The position numbers and the translations under genes were made by a program. The notes below the pieces were generated by a model that was not told where the DNA came from, searched no databases, and saw nothing but the letters and a program-made list of their open reading frames with translations. A DNA stretch of 64,000 nt from contig OZ252149.1 of NCBI GenBank assembly GCA_965248755.1, positions 288,001-352,000 of the forward strand, in the 5' to 3' direction. This DNA comes from Candidatus Latescibacterota bacterium (GTDB lineage Bacteria > Latescibacterota > CBDEFO01). The first letter of the stretch is position 1, and each line of letters begins with the position of its first letter. Of this stretch, positions 8,672 to 18,699 are shown one piece after another.

Positions 8672-11197
8672 TCACCGCAACAACAATCTGAGAGGCGGCG
8701 CCCCTTCCTCCACTCTTTTGAAGAAAACGTCCTCGATGTAGCGCCTTAGCGAAGGATCGGTATCCAGAAGTGGTAGCCGTTCCCTGACCAGGGGGACGAC
8801 AGACGCGGCCTCGCTGCCCAGGGCCGAGAGGAACCTGACGGCAGCCCGCCACTCTGCGCCGCCTCTTGGACGGCTCTTCTCTCCCACAATCTCCGCCAGG
8901 GTCTTGAGCTCCGACTCGCCCCCACGAATGCAGTAGAGGGCGTAGCAGGCGTCAGCCAGGTACCTGTTTTCCGGCGTGAGATACTCCTCCAGAATCGGGA
9001 CGGCCTCAGAGGCCGCCGGCCCGATCGCCGCCAGCGTCCGGGCGGTGAGCCAGTCTCCTCCGCCTTTGGATTCCTCGTACATCTTCACGAGGACGGGAAC
9101 GGCGCTCGCAGCCCCCGGACCTATCCCCGATAGCACCCGTAAACCGAACTCCTTGTGGGTTCCCAGCAGAGCCATCGCGTCAGGCAGCGCGGGTGCACCA
9201 GCCTCACCGGAGAGGAACAGCCCGAGTGCGGCCATCTGCACGACCGAGCGGTACCCGTCTCGCAGCGCCTGCCGAAGCGGTGCGACAACAGTGCGAGCAT
9301 ACAACGACAGCTCATCCGGTAGGTAGCCCTTTACATCTTCATCCCAGCTCGGAGGACGCGTCATGCCGGTGAGGGCAAACGTTGCACCCAGACGCACGTA
9401 GGCATCGGCATGCGACAAAAGCGACGACACTCTCGGCGCCGCTGAGTACGCATCCGGGCCGATACCCTCAAGCGCTCGCAGAGCGGGGATGCGAACCTCC
9501 GGGTCATCAAGCGCAGCGACAAGCGCATCTACTGCAGGGGCTGCCTCCACCCCCATCTCAAAGAGCGCCCACGCAGCGCTTCGACGCTCGGAGGCATGGG
9601 CCCCCCCCAACCCCGCAATGCACTCTTTTACGGACCTGTCGCGGAAAGAAGCGGACTCGTCCTTGAGGTTTGTAACCGGCCACGGCTCAACGCGGCCGGT
9701 CGGCGCGCCCAGCTTCTCAATATAGTCGGACGCCGTTGCGCGGATCTCGTCGTATTCATCGAAGGTCAACGGTTTTCCCGACTCGGCCAGGTGGGGTACG
9801 AACGGGGCCAGGCGGGCCCGCAGGGCCTCGAGCCATGCGGCCGCCTCCACGGCTAGGGGGTCACCCTCGTTCGCCGCCGCGCAGTCCTCGACCATCTGGA
9901 GATAGCGATAGTCGTCAACGCCCTCGCGACGCGCTTCCCAGCCGGTGAGGGGCATCGGCTCGTCACTGCCGGGCAACCACCAGACATGGCCGTGGCGGGT
10001 TCCGTCGGTGTAGGCCCATACGACATTCCCCCCAAGCCGGTGCGCCCAGGTGTAAAGTCCCGCATAGTAACGCTGCCGAACCGGCTTGTAGTCTCCTCTC
10101 AGTATGCGATAGGAATAGGTCCAGACCTGCGCTCCGCGGCGCGCCGCCTCGGCCCGCATCTCGGGCGTGATATGTCCGTCATGAACGATCCACACATCGT
10201 GGACGTCACCGTGCGCGTACGTCGCCGTGCCAGACATGCCTGTCCCCAACCGCATGGACACGTCGCGCATAGGAAGATAATCTTCCCTCAACCCAGGCGC
10301 GGGATAGGGCGGCTCATCCCAGCCGTATACGATGAGTTCCGGCCATCCCTGCTCCAGTCGTTGCGCCTCCAGCCACGCCACCGCCGCTCTTCTCTGTCCT
10401 TCCTCAATTTCCGGGATGTTGCCCTGTAGAATGAGACACGGCACATCCGGATGGATGAGTCCCGCCTCCTTCGCCAGCCCCAGGGACTTCGGCAGGCTGC
10501 TCTTGGGTGGCGACTCGCTGAAGTCTCCCGCCCCGTAGAACGTGACCGAGTTCTGCCCGTGCACCGCCATGTCCCGATAGTCGGGCAGGGAACCCCCGCG
10601 ATAGAACATGCCGAACGCAGCGCGCGGCGTCTGCAGCACTATGGGTCGCACCCGTACGTTAAGGTCAACAACCGTCACCGGCCTGCCCGCGGGTTTGATG
10701 CGGATCTTGCCCGCGTGCGGACCCTCGGATGTCTCGCGATCCGCACGAAACGTCAGCCAGAAATTGACGCTCGTGCCCCTGGGAAGGTCGGCTACGACAT
10801 CACCCCGCTGCAGAAAGACTTCTCCGGGTATCGTGCTCAGCCACGGCATGTTCGTTTCAGCTAGTTTCTGTTTGACGCCAGGGTCGATGCGATGATAAAC
10901 TGTTACCTCGAGGTCCGATTCCACCTCGATCCGGACGTCCTTGACGCCGTCTGAGATCGCGTGTACGCCGAACTGAATAGACTCGTACTCATCCCTGGCT
11001 AAGGCGCATGAAACCTTCTTCACAACGTCGTCCGGCGTGGGCACATGCGAAGGCGGCAGGTTCTTCAGCGTGCTGTAATTAAAGACAACGTAACCCTTGT
11101 CTCGATCCAGTTTCATCCACTCCATGGGCCCACAGGCATTGAGAGCCGTTAATCCAACGGCCAGCAATGTATAGGCAACTATGCTCCGTTTTTTCAT
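8672..11197 (-). CDS. putative lipoprotein: DUF4091/GH123-like TIM-barrel glycoside hydrolase fused to HEAT repeats
   Basis: Signal ending LNAC; ARDEYESIQF, YGWDEP, WEARREGVDDYRYL. C-terminal repeats AAPAVDALVAALDD / IGPGAASAVPVL / IGPAASEAVPIL. Confidence 0.7.
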   Translation of the reverse strand: MKKRSIVAYTLLAVGLTALNACGPMEWMKLDRDKGYVVFNYSTLKNLPPSHVPTPDDVVKKVSCALARDEYESIQFGVHAISDGVKDVRIEVESDLEVTVYHRIDPGVKQKLAETNMPWLSTIPGEVFLQRGDVVADLPRGTSVNFWLTFRADRETSEGPHAGKIRIKPAGRPVTVVDLNVRVRPIVLQTPRAAFGMFYRGGSLPDYRDMAVHGQNSVTFYGAGDFSESPPKSSLPKSLGLAKEAGLIHPDVPCLILQGNIPEIEEGQRRAAVAWLEAQRLEQGWPELIVYGWDEPPYPAPGLREDYLPMRDVSMRLGTGMSGTATYAHGDVHDVWIVHDGHITPEMRAEAARRGAQVWTYSYRILRGDYKPVRQRYYAGLYTWAHRLGGNVVWAYTDGTRHGHVWWLPGSDEPMPLTGWEARREGVDDYRYLQMVEDCAAANEGDPLAVEAAAWLEALRARLAPFVPHLAESGKPLTFDEYDEIRATASDYIEKLGAPTGRVEPWPVTNLKDESASFRDRSVKECIAGLGGAHASERRSAAWALFEMGVEAAPAVDALVAALDDPEVRIPALRALEGIGPDAYSAAPRVSSLLSHADAYVRLGATFALTGMTRPPSWDEDVKGYLPDELSLYARTVVAPLRQALRDGYRSVVQMAALGLFLSGEAGAPALPDAMALLGTHKEFGLRVLSGIGPGAASAVPVLVKMYEESKGGGDWLTARTLAAIGPAASEAVPILEEYLTPENRYLADACYALYCIRGGESELKTLAEIVGEKSRPRGGAEWRAAVRFLSALGSEAASVVPLVRERLPLLDTDPSLRRYIEDVFFKRVEEGAPPLRLLLR

Positions 11198-11533
11198 GTT
11201 CCATCTCCCTCCAGCGAGTTAAGATCTGATCTGTTCAAACACTGCGGTCAGAGAATTGGCTTTTCTACATGAGGTTCCTTTATTGCAACATCCACCTGTG
11301 GATTCGTCTTGGTAGCAGGAACATGGGCTCACCTCCAAAATAAGTACTATGAGTTAGCTGCCGGTCGCAGGTGGTAGAGCCGTGCTTGAAAGTCACGGAT
11401 GAGCTTGACGTCGAACTCCCGTCGTCCGACGGCCAGGCGGGCAACTACTTGGTTAGTAAAGAGGTAAATTACCTGCAGCTTCGCTGATCCGGGAACGGTC
11501 AATTTGGCCTCGACGCTACTCGTCACCGTCCAA

Positions 11534-13258
11534 CTATCTGTTCTTCAAGGCCACCGGCTGACGTTCGAGCTGCGACAGGGCAACCGTCGTTTTCAACGTC
11601 TCGTACTGATCGCTGTACCGCTTGTAGATTCGCAGCGTTACCTGCTCCGGCACCGGCGCTTTGATCGCCCAGTGATAATACCCGTCCGGGTCAGTGTGGC
11701 AATGCCAGCGATTCAACACAACGCAGACACCACCGATTGGTTTGCCGCGCTCATCGACGACCTGTCCGCGCACAAGTCGGCCCTGCTTGAGGGTAAAGTC
11801 CTGCGGCTCGGCCTGCGGCCTGACTCTAACGTGTCGATGCTGAGGCGCGTAGCCCTCCACCTCCACCGTTAAAACACACTCACCCAATTCAACATCGGTG
11901 AATCGGAACCGCCCGTCCCCCTCCGACTTGGCGGTTGGATATCCATTGACGCTCTGTATCGATCGATACGAAAGGTGAGGATTGTCAATGAGCCTAGGCG
12001 CAGCCTTCCAGAGATCCAGCTCGGTCTCTTTGTCCTCTGCCCAGTCGTCAGCTACGTAACGATTCGGACCTCGCTCCACTGTAGCACCAGCAATCGGCGC
12101 GCCCCCTTCATCAACGACCTGGCCGGCCAATGTGATCCTCGTCGGTGAGATCCTCACCCGTTCAACGGTCACCGGGAACACCTGCGCTCCCCCTTCGGTC
12201 CCACCGATCGCCAGCAGCTTATTCGGGCCAACCTTGATGCCGTCCACCTGACCGGTGACAACCGGTTCGGGCGCATGCGAAAAGCTGATGCGATCGCGCC
12301 AGGTGCGTCCGTAGTCCGTGCTGAACGCTACGTGGAAACCCGGCCGGCCATATACACACGCCAGAACGCCGTTATCCAGCATCTGAACGGTTGGCCAGAT
12401 CGTCATCAGATGCGGATTGGTTGGCCGCGGCTTCGTCCACGTCTTTCCCAGATCATCCGACCAACTGACGGACATAGGCCGATACTCGCTCGGGAGGTGC
12501 GAGTATTGCGTCCGCATGACGCAGATCATCTGCCCATTGGACATCAATTCGATGCTCGACTCACACGGGCCGTTGTACTGGCCCGGCCACTCGGGGTTCG
12601 GATCAACGCGTCCGTCGGCCACAGTCGCGTAATAACGCCACGTGTGGCCGCGATCACTCGAGACGGATAGAACGACGCGACTGCGGGTGTCCCCCTTAAA
12701 CAGTCCGTACATCGGCGCTAACAGATCCCCGTTGGGAAGCTGTAGAATCTTGCCCTTATCGAAGATCGGCCAGGTGGAAACTCCGAGATGCGCCTGTTTG
12801 GTCGTCACCGCGTCGGGCATGTAGACCTGGACCGCTTTGGCTTCGAATTGTGTAAAGTCGTCGTTGAACCAGGCAAAAGTAGAATGGAGCGTAAACCAGC
12901 CATCCTTGTACTCGCCCTCCATAGGCGATTTGTGGAACTCGGCCTCGCCCTTAAACGAGGAATCACTGGTGAGGAATCTGAGTACGCCGCCGTCGCGTAG
13001 CGCCACGCTACTGGCGCCGCCGGCGAGTTGATGTGGCGATTCCATTTCCTCTCCCCACGTTTCACCGCCATCGGTCGACGTTCTGTAGAACCTCGGCCCC
13101 GTTTCCGGCTTTGGATAGAACGCTGCCGCTACGCCTCTCCGTGACACCGACATGCTGGCGCTATTCAAATAGGTCAGATCGCTTAATTGGGTCGGCTTAC
13201 CGACTGTGACATTCAGGATCTCAACCTCCTCCACAGCGGATTTCGCGTTCTTGATCAT
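11534..13258 (-). CDS. BNR/Asp-box sialidase-like propeller + carboxypeptidase-regulatory-like domains (paralog A, no signal peptide)
   Basis: Asp-boxes STDGGETW, SSDRGHTW, SDDLGKTW, STDYGRTW. C-terminal GQVVDEGGAPIAGATV and GQVVDERGKPIGG repeats. Confidence 0.8.
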   Translation of the reverse strand: MIKNAKSAVEEVEILNVTVGKPTQLSDLTYLNSASMSVSRRGVAAAFYPKPETGPRFYRTSTDGGETWGEEMESPHQLAGGASSVALRDGGVLRFLTSDSSFKGEAEFHKSPMEGEYKDGWFTLHSTFAWFNDDFTQFEAKAVQVYMPDAVTTKQAHLGVSTWPIFDKGKILQLPNGDLLAPMYGLFKGDTRSRVVLSVSSDRGHTWRYYATVADGRVDPNPEWPGQYNGPCESSIELMSNGQMICVMRTQYSHLPSEYRPMSVSWSDDLGKTWTKPRPTNPHLMTIWPTVQMLDNGVLACVYGRPGFHVAFSTDYGRTWRDRISFSHAPEPVVTGQVDGIKVGPNKLLAIGGTEGGAQVFPVTVERVRISPTRITLAGQVVDEGGAPIAGATVERGPNRYVADDWAEDKETELDLWKAAPRLIDNPHLSYRSIQSVNGYPTAKSEGDGRFRFTDVELGECVLTVEVEGYAPQHRHVRVRPQAEPQDFTLKQGRLVRGQVVDERGKPIGGVCVVLNRWHCHTDPDGYYHWAIKAPVPEQVTLRIYKRYSDQYETLKTTVALSQLERQPVALKNR

Positions 13259-13284
13259 TCTTCCATTTCCTCGTCTTTATGGAA

Positions 13285-13345
13285 TCTCATCGGCAAAGCT
13301 CAGCGGCGCAGCTTCTTCGCGTCCCCTGGAGCGTCTGTTTAAGTG
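13285..13345 (-). other. degenerate attC site
   Basis: Minus strand CACTTAAAC AGACGCTCCAGGGGACGCG-AAGAAGCT-GCGCCGCTGAGCTTTGCC GATGAGA. GCTC(C)AG/CTGAGC pair with an extrahelical C; both cores are mutated; directly after the stop at 13347. Confidence 0.6.
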
Positions 13346-13346
13346 T

Positions 13347-14216
13347 TTATGTGCCTGACTCACCGCGCCTGAGGAATCGCAATCCCACCTCTGCTGCCAG
13401 ATCATGAAGACGTGAGAAGTTCAGCACGTAGTCGCTTTCTTCGGACATGTGCTCGCAGAAACAAGGCGTGTCCGACGGTAGCTGGCTGAGGTGCTTGAGA
13501 TAGGTGGCATAGTCCATCACGCCGTCCCCAATGTGGACTTCATCCCACTTCAGGAACATATGGCGATGGTCGCAGCGGATGTCCTTCAGGTGGACGCTGG
13601 CCACAGTGTTGGCGAGGAGGTCGAACGTTCGGTCGATGAGCTCGGTCGTCTTGTAGAAGTACTTCTGGCTCACTAGGTTCATCTGGTCCAAGTGCAGGCC
13701 GAAGGCGGGATGGTCAACGCTATCGATGAAGGAGCGGATGTCTTCCGGCTGGTAGAAGAACGTGTTGTGCCACGGCTCGATGACGTACCTGGTGGCCTGC
13801 AAGTCCAGCCCGTCCAGGATGCGGAGCACGATGTCCCGGAACTCCCGCCTGCAGTCGTCCGTGTACATGTACGGGTGTGGAGCCAGTACTGCATCCGAGG
13901 GATCCTTGGTGCCCACCAGCGTGACCACGCACCCACATCGCATCACCTCCGCTTTGCGCAGCAGGGTACGCACAGTCTCGATCCGTTCGCGGCGCGCTTC
14001 CGCGTCATCGGTCATCAGGTTCTGCAACATATCTGCCTCACCCACCACCATTCCGAGGTCACGCGCCTTCGAGCCGAACCTGGCGCAGGCCTCATCGGTC
14101 ATTCCGGCCAGATTCTCCGGCGCTGGGATTGCTGACAAACCGTGCGCGTCCAGCTTCTCACAGAGCCCATAAAGTTCATCCACTGCCTGTGCCGAAAAGT
14201 AGCCTCCCAGTCTCAT
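13347..14216 (-). CDS. sugar phosphate isomerase/epimerase (xylose isomerase-like TIM barrel)
   Basis: IEPW, LHLDQMN, VHLKD, IGDGVMDY, CEH. Confidence 0.88.
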   Translation of the reverse strand: MRLGGYFSAQAVDELYGLCEKLDAHGLSAIPAPENLAGMTDEACARFGSKARDLGMVVGEADMLQNLMTDDAEARRERIETVRTLLRKAEVMRCGCVVTLVGTKDPSDAVLAPHPYMYTDDCRREFRDIVLRILDGLDLQATRYVIEPWHNTFFYQPEDIRSFIDSVDHPAFGLHLDQMNLVSQKYFYKTTELIDRTFDLLANTVASVHLKDIRCDHRHMFLKWDEVHIGDGVMDYATYLKHLSQLPSDTPCFCEHMSEESDYVLNFSRLHDLAAEVGLRFLRRGESGT

Positions 14217-15295
14217 GGTTCTCCTCCTTTGCTCCTACAAGCGCCGACAACGTCGCCCGGCAGGTCCAGATCAACCACCCGCCTCTCCAGCAGACTCATC
14301 ACCAGGGCCTCGATAGTGAATATGTTGAGCACAGACTGATCCAGGGGCAGCACCGGTTCCGCCTCGCAGCGGATCACTGCGGCGAAGTTCTCTAACTGAT
14401 GCTGATAGGCATTGGCCTGCTTGACGAAATGTTCCGCGTGACGGTAGTCGGCCCAGCCCAAGCTGCGCTGGTCCACGATCTTAATCTCGCCCGGAATAGT
14501 CCAACTGATCGGGAGTACGAGCCGGCCGTGCGTGCAGACGATCTCCAGTCGCTGGCTGTGGTCTGCTTTCTTGCTGCTCTCCACCACACCGACGCACCCG
14601 TTCCCATATTCCACGAACCCGTGCATACGGTTGATCGTGTCGTAGTGAGGGCTCACGTCCCCCAGGCAGTAGACGCGAGTCGGAATATCACCGGCGAAAC
14701 GGCCACAGGCGTTCACGCAGTAGCACGCGAAGTCGTAGGGGACTCCTCCCCCGCACTCTTTCCGTTGCCGCCAGTTGCGTGTCGTGTCGTCAGCCGGCGC
14801 CGTTTCGGAATCCAAGTCGCTGAAGTCGGCCCGGACACTGTCGACAGCCCCGAGTTCGCCGGACGCAACGAGCCTCTCCATGGCAACTACGGCGGGATGG
14901 TGAAGATACATGAAGCCTTCCGTGACGAAGGCATTGTGTTCGCGTACCAGGTCGCGAATCTCGATTGCCTCGCGGCCCGTGAGTGTGAGAGCTTTTTCGC
15001 AAAGGATACTCCGAACCCCACACCGCAGGCAACTCTCGATCTGTTCCCGGTGCTGATTGGGCCAGGTCGCCAACAGGATGCCGTCCAGATCTTCCCTCTG
15101 GATCATCTCGACATAGTCGGTGTAATAGCCGTCGCAACCGTACTGCTTGGCCCAGGCTTCCGCGGTTTCCTGTCGGATATCACAACAGCTGACTATCCGG
15201 ATTTGATCCGGGATGGCGCTTGCCGCACGAGCGTGCACGTGCGAAATGACGCCGCAACCGACGATTCCCAACCTGAGTGGAACGCTGCTGCTCAT
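14213..15295 (-). CDS. Gfo/Idh/MocA family oxidoreductase
   Basis: LGIVGCGVIS, ILCEKAL, GGGVPYD. Confidence 0.93.
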   Translation of the reverse strand: MSSSVPLRLGIVGCGVISHVHARAASAIPDQIRIVSCCDIRQETAEAWAKQYGCDGYYTDYVEMIQREDLDGILLATWPNQHREQIESCLRCGVRSILCEKALTLTGREAIEIRDLVREHNAFVTEGFMYLHHPAVVAMERLVASGELGAVDSVRADFSDLDSETAPADDTTRNWRQRKECGGGVPYDFACYCVNACGRFAGDIPTRVYCLGDVSPHYDTINRMHGFVEYGNGCVGVVESSKKADHSQRLEIVCTHGRLVLPISWTIPGEIKIVDQRSLGWADYRHAEHFVKQANAYQHQLENFAAVIRCEAEPVLPLDQSVLNIFTIEALVMSLLERRVVDLDLPGDVVGACRSKGGEP

Positions 15296-15425
15296 TTCCT
15301 CATCCTCTGTGCACCCAATGATAGGTTGAGTCGCTGCGGGACTCCCGCCTCAGTATGAGATTTCTGCACGAAGGTAAGGAGCATCATCGCCTTGCCGCCT
15401 CGCAACCAGCGCGTATGCATCAAAC

Positions 15426-16940
15426 CTATCGCACCGAGATCTCTACCCACGTGATCTGGATATCGTGCTTGGCGCTCACCTCGATCAGATTGTAGCCGTC
15501 GCTCAGGGCCTCCGGGGATACGTCATAGACTTGTCGGCGCGGCTCAGGCTCTTTCCAACCTGACGCTTTAACGTGTTCGGCTTCGACAAGTCCCGACCAT
15601 GGACAGGGCATGCCGTTCAGACACACCTCCAGCGGCTCAAGCAGAGGCTGATCTAGGTCCGGCACGACGAGTTCGACCCGGGCGCTCTGCTCCGGCAGCG
15701 GCTTCGGGCCGATGTGAAGACGGAAGACACCGTGCGTACCGGTGTAAGGCAGCGACCTGTCTTCGCCCGGCTCACCCTCCGCCCAGGGACTCGTGATGGT
15801 GATCGCATGCCGTCGCAGCCCGCCGCGAAGCGCGGCATAGGACCCGGCGTCCCTTAGTAGCCGGTCATGGTCCACGCGCGGCCAGCGCTGAAACGGTCCC
15901 GTAAAGAGATTGAAGAAGTATACCGCGTCGGCCCCGCGGTCCAGCCCGCTCACTATCACCCCGCGCATCTCCTCGTGCATCACGGTGCGATTTGCAGTCC
16001 CCGGATGCATCCCGCTCTCTAAACCTACTGCGACAGGCACATTCGTGCCGATGAGCAACCCTTTCCACGTCTCGATCGGCACGTCACTGTCAATAGAGGG
16101 CCAGAAGGGCGAGGCGATAATCAGGTCAACCAGTCCCGCCTTGGCCCACGAGATCGCATCTAGTCCGTGCCTGCGGGCGATCCATGGAGTTGTCGGTACG
16201 CGCACGGAGAGTTCGACAGGATGCCCCAATCGCTTCGCGGCTTCTTCTGTCGCCTGCCGCGCCTGCTCCACAAAAGCCGTCATCAGCTTCGCGCCTACGT
16301 GCTCACGTCCGGAGCGAAAGTACAGCCAGAAGCGCAGAAAATCCAGTTCCAGACCGTCCAGGTCGTAGCGAGAGCACACCTCCCTGACGAGCTTCATGTA
16401 GTGCTCACGCACCTCGGGCTGTTCGTAGTCCAGGCCATATGCAAGGCGCCATTCCGGATGCGACTTCCAGATTGTGCTGTGGGCCGGGTGGTCCGGCAGG
16501 TGGGGATTGTGGTCGTCGTTCATCCGCAGCGAGATCCACGCCTTTACTTGGTTTCGCCTCGCACGATCGATCATCCGCTTCGGGTAGTCGCATCCCTGCT
16601 CGTGAAGCGCCAGCACGTTCTTGAACAACTGTGTCTCGAACCTCCGATTCGGATCGATCCCTGAGAAAAACGGCTGGTCGTCACCGGCGCTCGGGTCGTA
16701 TCCGTCCCAATCTGATTCCCACACATCGCTCCGGTAGTTAGTGCGCTTTGCGTTCACGTTGACAAAGAGGTCCGTGACTCCAAGAGCGGCGTGAGTGTCC
16801 ACGAACTTATCGATCGTCTCAGGGACAATGGGGCCAAACGTCCCCACGAAGAACTCACTGCAGTCCAGGTTGTAGATCACCCTCCCACGCGCAGCATTGA
16901 CATCATTCATCCTGGCTTCTCCTCTCGTATCAATCGACAC
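15426..16940 (-). CDS. putative glycoside hydrolase (GHL10/DUF187-like TIM barrel)
   Basis: VIYNLD, AWISLRMNDDH, HPEW, LDY..PEVR, RYDLDGLELDFLR, GADAVYFFN. Confidence 0.7.
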   Translation of the reverse strand: MSIDTRGEARMNDVNAARGRVIYNLDCSEFFVGTFGPIVPETIDKFVDTHAALGVTDLFVNVNAKRTNYRSDVWESDWDGYDPSAGDDQPFFSGIDPNRRFETQLFKNVLALHEQGCDYPKRMIDRARRNQVKAWISLRMNDDHNPHLPDHPAHSTIWKSHPEWRLAYGLDYEQPEVREHYMKLVREVCSRYDLDGLELDFLRFWLYFRSGREHVGAKLMTAFVEQARQATEEAAKRLGHPVELSVRVPTTPWIARRHGLDAISWAKAGLVDLIIASPFWPSIDSDVPIETWKGLLIGTNVPVAVGLESGMHPGTANRTVMHEEMRGVIVSGLDRGADAVYFFNLFTGPFQRWPRVDHDRLLRDAGSYAALRGGLRRHAITITSPWAEGEPGEDRSLPYTGTHGVFRLHIGPKPLPEQSARVELVVPDLDQPLLEPLEVCLNGMPCPWSGLVEAEHVKASGWKEPEPRRQVYDVSPEALSDGYNLIEVSAKHDIQITWVEISVR

Positions 16941-17008
16941 ATGACCAGCTGTTTCTCCTGTGCCGATTCATCACTCCTGTGTTAACGTGAAACGTCACTT
17001 TCTCCGAA

Positions 17009-17051
17009 GCCCAACTACGATTATACAGTCCCCTTAAACTTGCCTAAGAAC
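17009..17051 (-). other. attI-like site downstream of intI 3' remnant (copy 2)
   Basis: Minus strand GTTCTTAG...ACTGTATAATCGTA-GTTGGGC (perfect GTTRRRY), ~180 bp after the intI remnant stop and upstream of 15426..16940. Confidence 0.55.
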
Positions 17052-17194
17052 TAGACTCTTTTCTTCTTATAAACCAGACACCTCGCGAGCCTCTGGTCGT
17101 TCGGGAGTCTAAATACTTATATTTTCATATCCTATCCTCTTGGCCATCTCGGTGCGCCTGGTTTATAGAGTCTTTATAAGCCGATCCATATCCC

Positions 17195-17289
17195 TTAAAT
17201 AGGGCTGCGCACACCGTGGCCGCTTCTATTGCGCGATGGGTGTAAATCCTGGTCGTGCTGACATACTCGTGGCCCAGCAACTCATCTTG
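17195..17289 (-). pseudogene. intI: integron integrase C-terminal remnant (copy 2)
   Basis: ELLGHEYVSTTRIYTH /frameshift/ RNRSGHGVRSPI*, matching IntI '[25 protein letters not shown]'. Confidence 0.8.
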
Positions 17290-17323
17290 TCAAAGTCCGA
17301 ACTCAGACGATAGAAATCGTCAC

Positions 17324-17512
17324 CGTACCCTCCAAAATAATATCCGAGCATCGAGAAGTCAACCTAAGAATCCACAACACCAGTGCTGTTTAGTCTTCTC
17401 AAAGGCATCCGTCGAGTAGAAGCACAGCAACACAACAAGATGCAGCAGGACTCGCTCACCCCTAGACTGAAAACTGGATGACCTTGGTAACCCCAATTCC
17501 CATTGACATCCA
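17324..17512. repeat. dispersed non-coding repeat/divergent promoter module, homologous to 39790-40151
   Basis: TAATATCCGA.GCATC.AGAAGTCAA...GTCGAGTAG...CAAGAT is shared with 39790-39914, followed by CAATTCCCATTGACATCCAC. Confidence 0.65.
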
Positions 17513-17644
17513 CTATCTCAACTCTAGACCTCCTGGTCGCTTTGAAAGCGACTGCCTAGGCACAGATCCTCTCCGAATGAGGAACATTCGGTTTCAGTTT
17601 CACCCCGGTGCACACAATACTCGGCCTGGAATACCTACTCGCCA

Positions 17645-18580
17645 TCAACCAGGCATCACCAGCTTTGATTCGTCCATAACACACCACCGGTATCTATCGC
17701 TCCGGCCTGCTCCATCTAGCATTTCTGGACTGAAAACTACCATACCAAAGGTCAGCTGGGTAAAGTCATCTGTCTGTCCCTCCGGCATACGGAAGATGTT
17801 GTAATTCTCCGCCGCCTCAATCTGTGCTAGATCAATCAGATCCCGCATCGCGAATCTGCGCACGGCCGAGTTTCCGATAGCCGCCATGCCGACCAATCCT
17901 CGTTCTTCGAGCATTCTTCCGAGGCGACCAAAATCTGGCTCCCGCTCATAATATATACCGTCCTCGCCCGGTTTGGGCTGGTAATCAATCATCTCTTGTC
18001 TTACGACCCGGCCGTCCGAAAGTTTTAGATTTACATTCAGACGTATCGTATGCCTGTAGGGTACATCACAAAGAAATTCTGCAAAGTGGTGGCTGGTTGA
18101 AGCGTCATAGGTCATACCACATATAAGAATCTGGGTATTTAGGGCGAGCATGACACCGAAAGAAGAGCGGAGGTCAAAGGGAGATAGGGCAGGATCGATG
18201 TCAGTAAATACTGGGGCTCTGTGCCCTACAGCGGCAAAACTGTGTCGAAAAGCGGTGCATCTAAGGGCATCCGGCCGTAAGCGAACAGTTTCGGTAATTA
18301 CTCCCATTTCGGAGGGATCTTTGCTGGGGTCAATGACAGGATCCTGTTCGGCTTCGTGGACAAGTGTAAAAGTAGGAACGATCAATGTCCCTCTCTGGCC
18401 GAGCACTTCAAGCAGCGCAGAGACCACCGTCTCGGCGCCCCCTTCGATGGCCCCGAACGTCCGCATTGCAGAATGAACCAGCACTACGTCGCCGGATTTC
18501 AGGCCCGTTTGCCGCAGGCCTTGCACAATTTCCTTTCTCGACAGGCCATACGCACCTCTGCATTGATGCGATGTCATCAT
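17645..18580 (-). CDS. AAC(3)-family (Antibiotic_NAT) N-acetyltransferase-like protein
   Basis: GDVVLVHSAM, GTLIVPTFT, MGVITE, HSFAAVG, STSHHFAE. Confidence 0.88.
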   Translation of the reverse strand: MMTSHQCRGAYGLSRKEIVQGLRQTGLKSGDVVLVHSAMRTFGAIEGGAETVVSALLEVLGQRGTLIVPTFTLVHEAEQDPVIDPSKDPSEMGVITETVRLRPDALRCTAFRHSFAAVGHRAPVFTDIDPALSPFDLRSSFGVMLALNTQILICGMTYDASTSHHFAEFLCDVPYRHTIRLNVNLKLSDGRVVRQEMIDYQPKPGEDGIYYEREPDFGRLGRMLEERGLVGMAAIGNSAVRRFAMRDLIDLAQIEAAENYNIFRMPEGQTDDFTQLTFGMVVFSPEMLDGAGRSDRYRWCVMDESKLVMPG

Positions 18581-18699
18581 AAGTATACCCCTTTTTCAAA
18601 GTACCGCTGTGATCAACATCTTTGGTTCACGCATGCATTCCTCTATTAGGTGTCCTTGACAAACAGAAAGGCCACTATTCTTGTGTAAGCTTCGCACCA

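Noticed and set aside
14399..15358. 319-aa plus-strand ORF, and similar ones such as 27630..28535 and 21455..22168
   Set aside because: Antisense to well-supported genes in GC-rich DNA; no family motifs.
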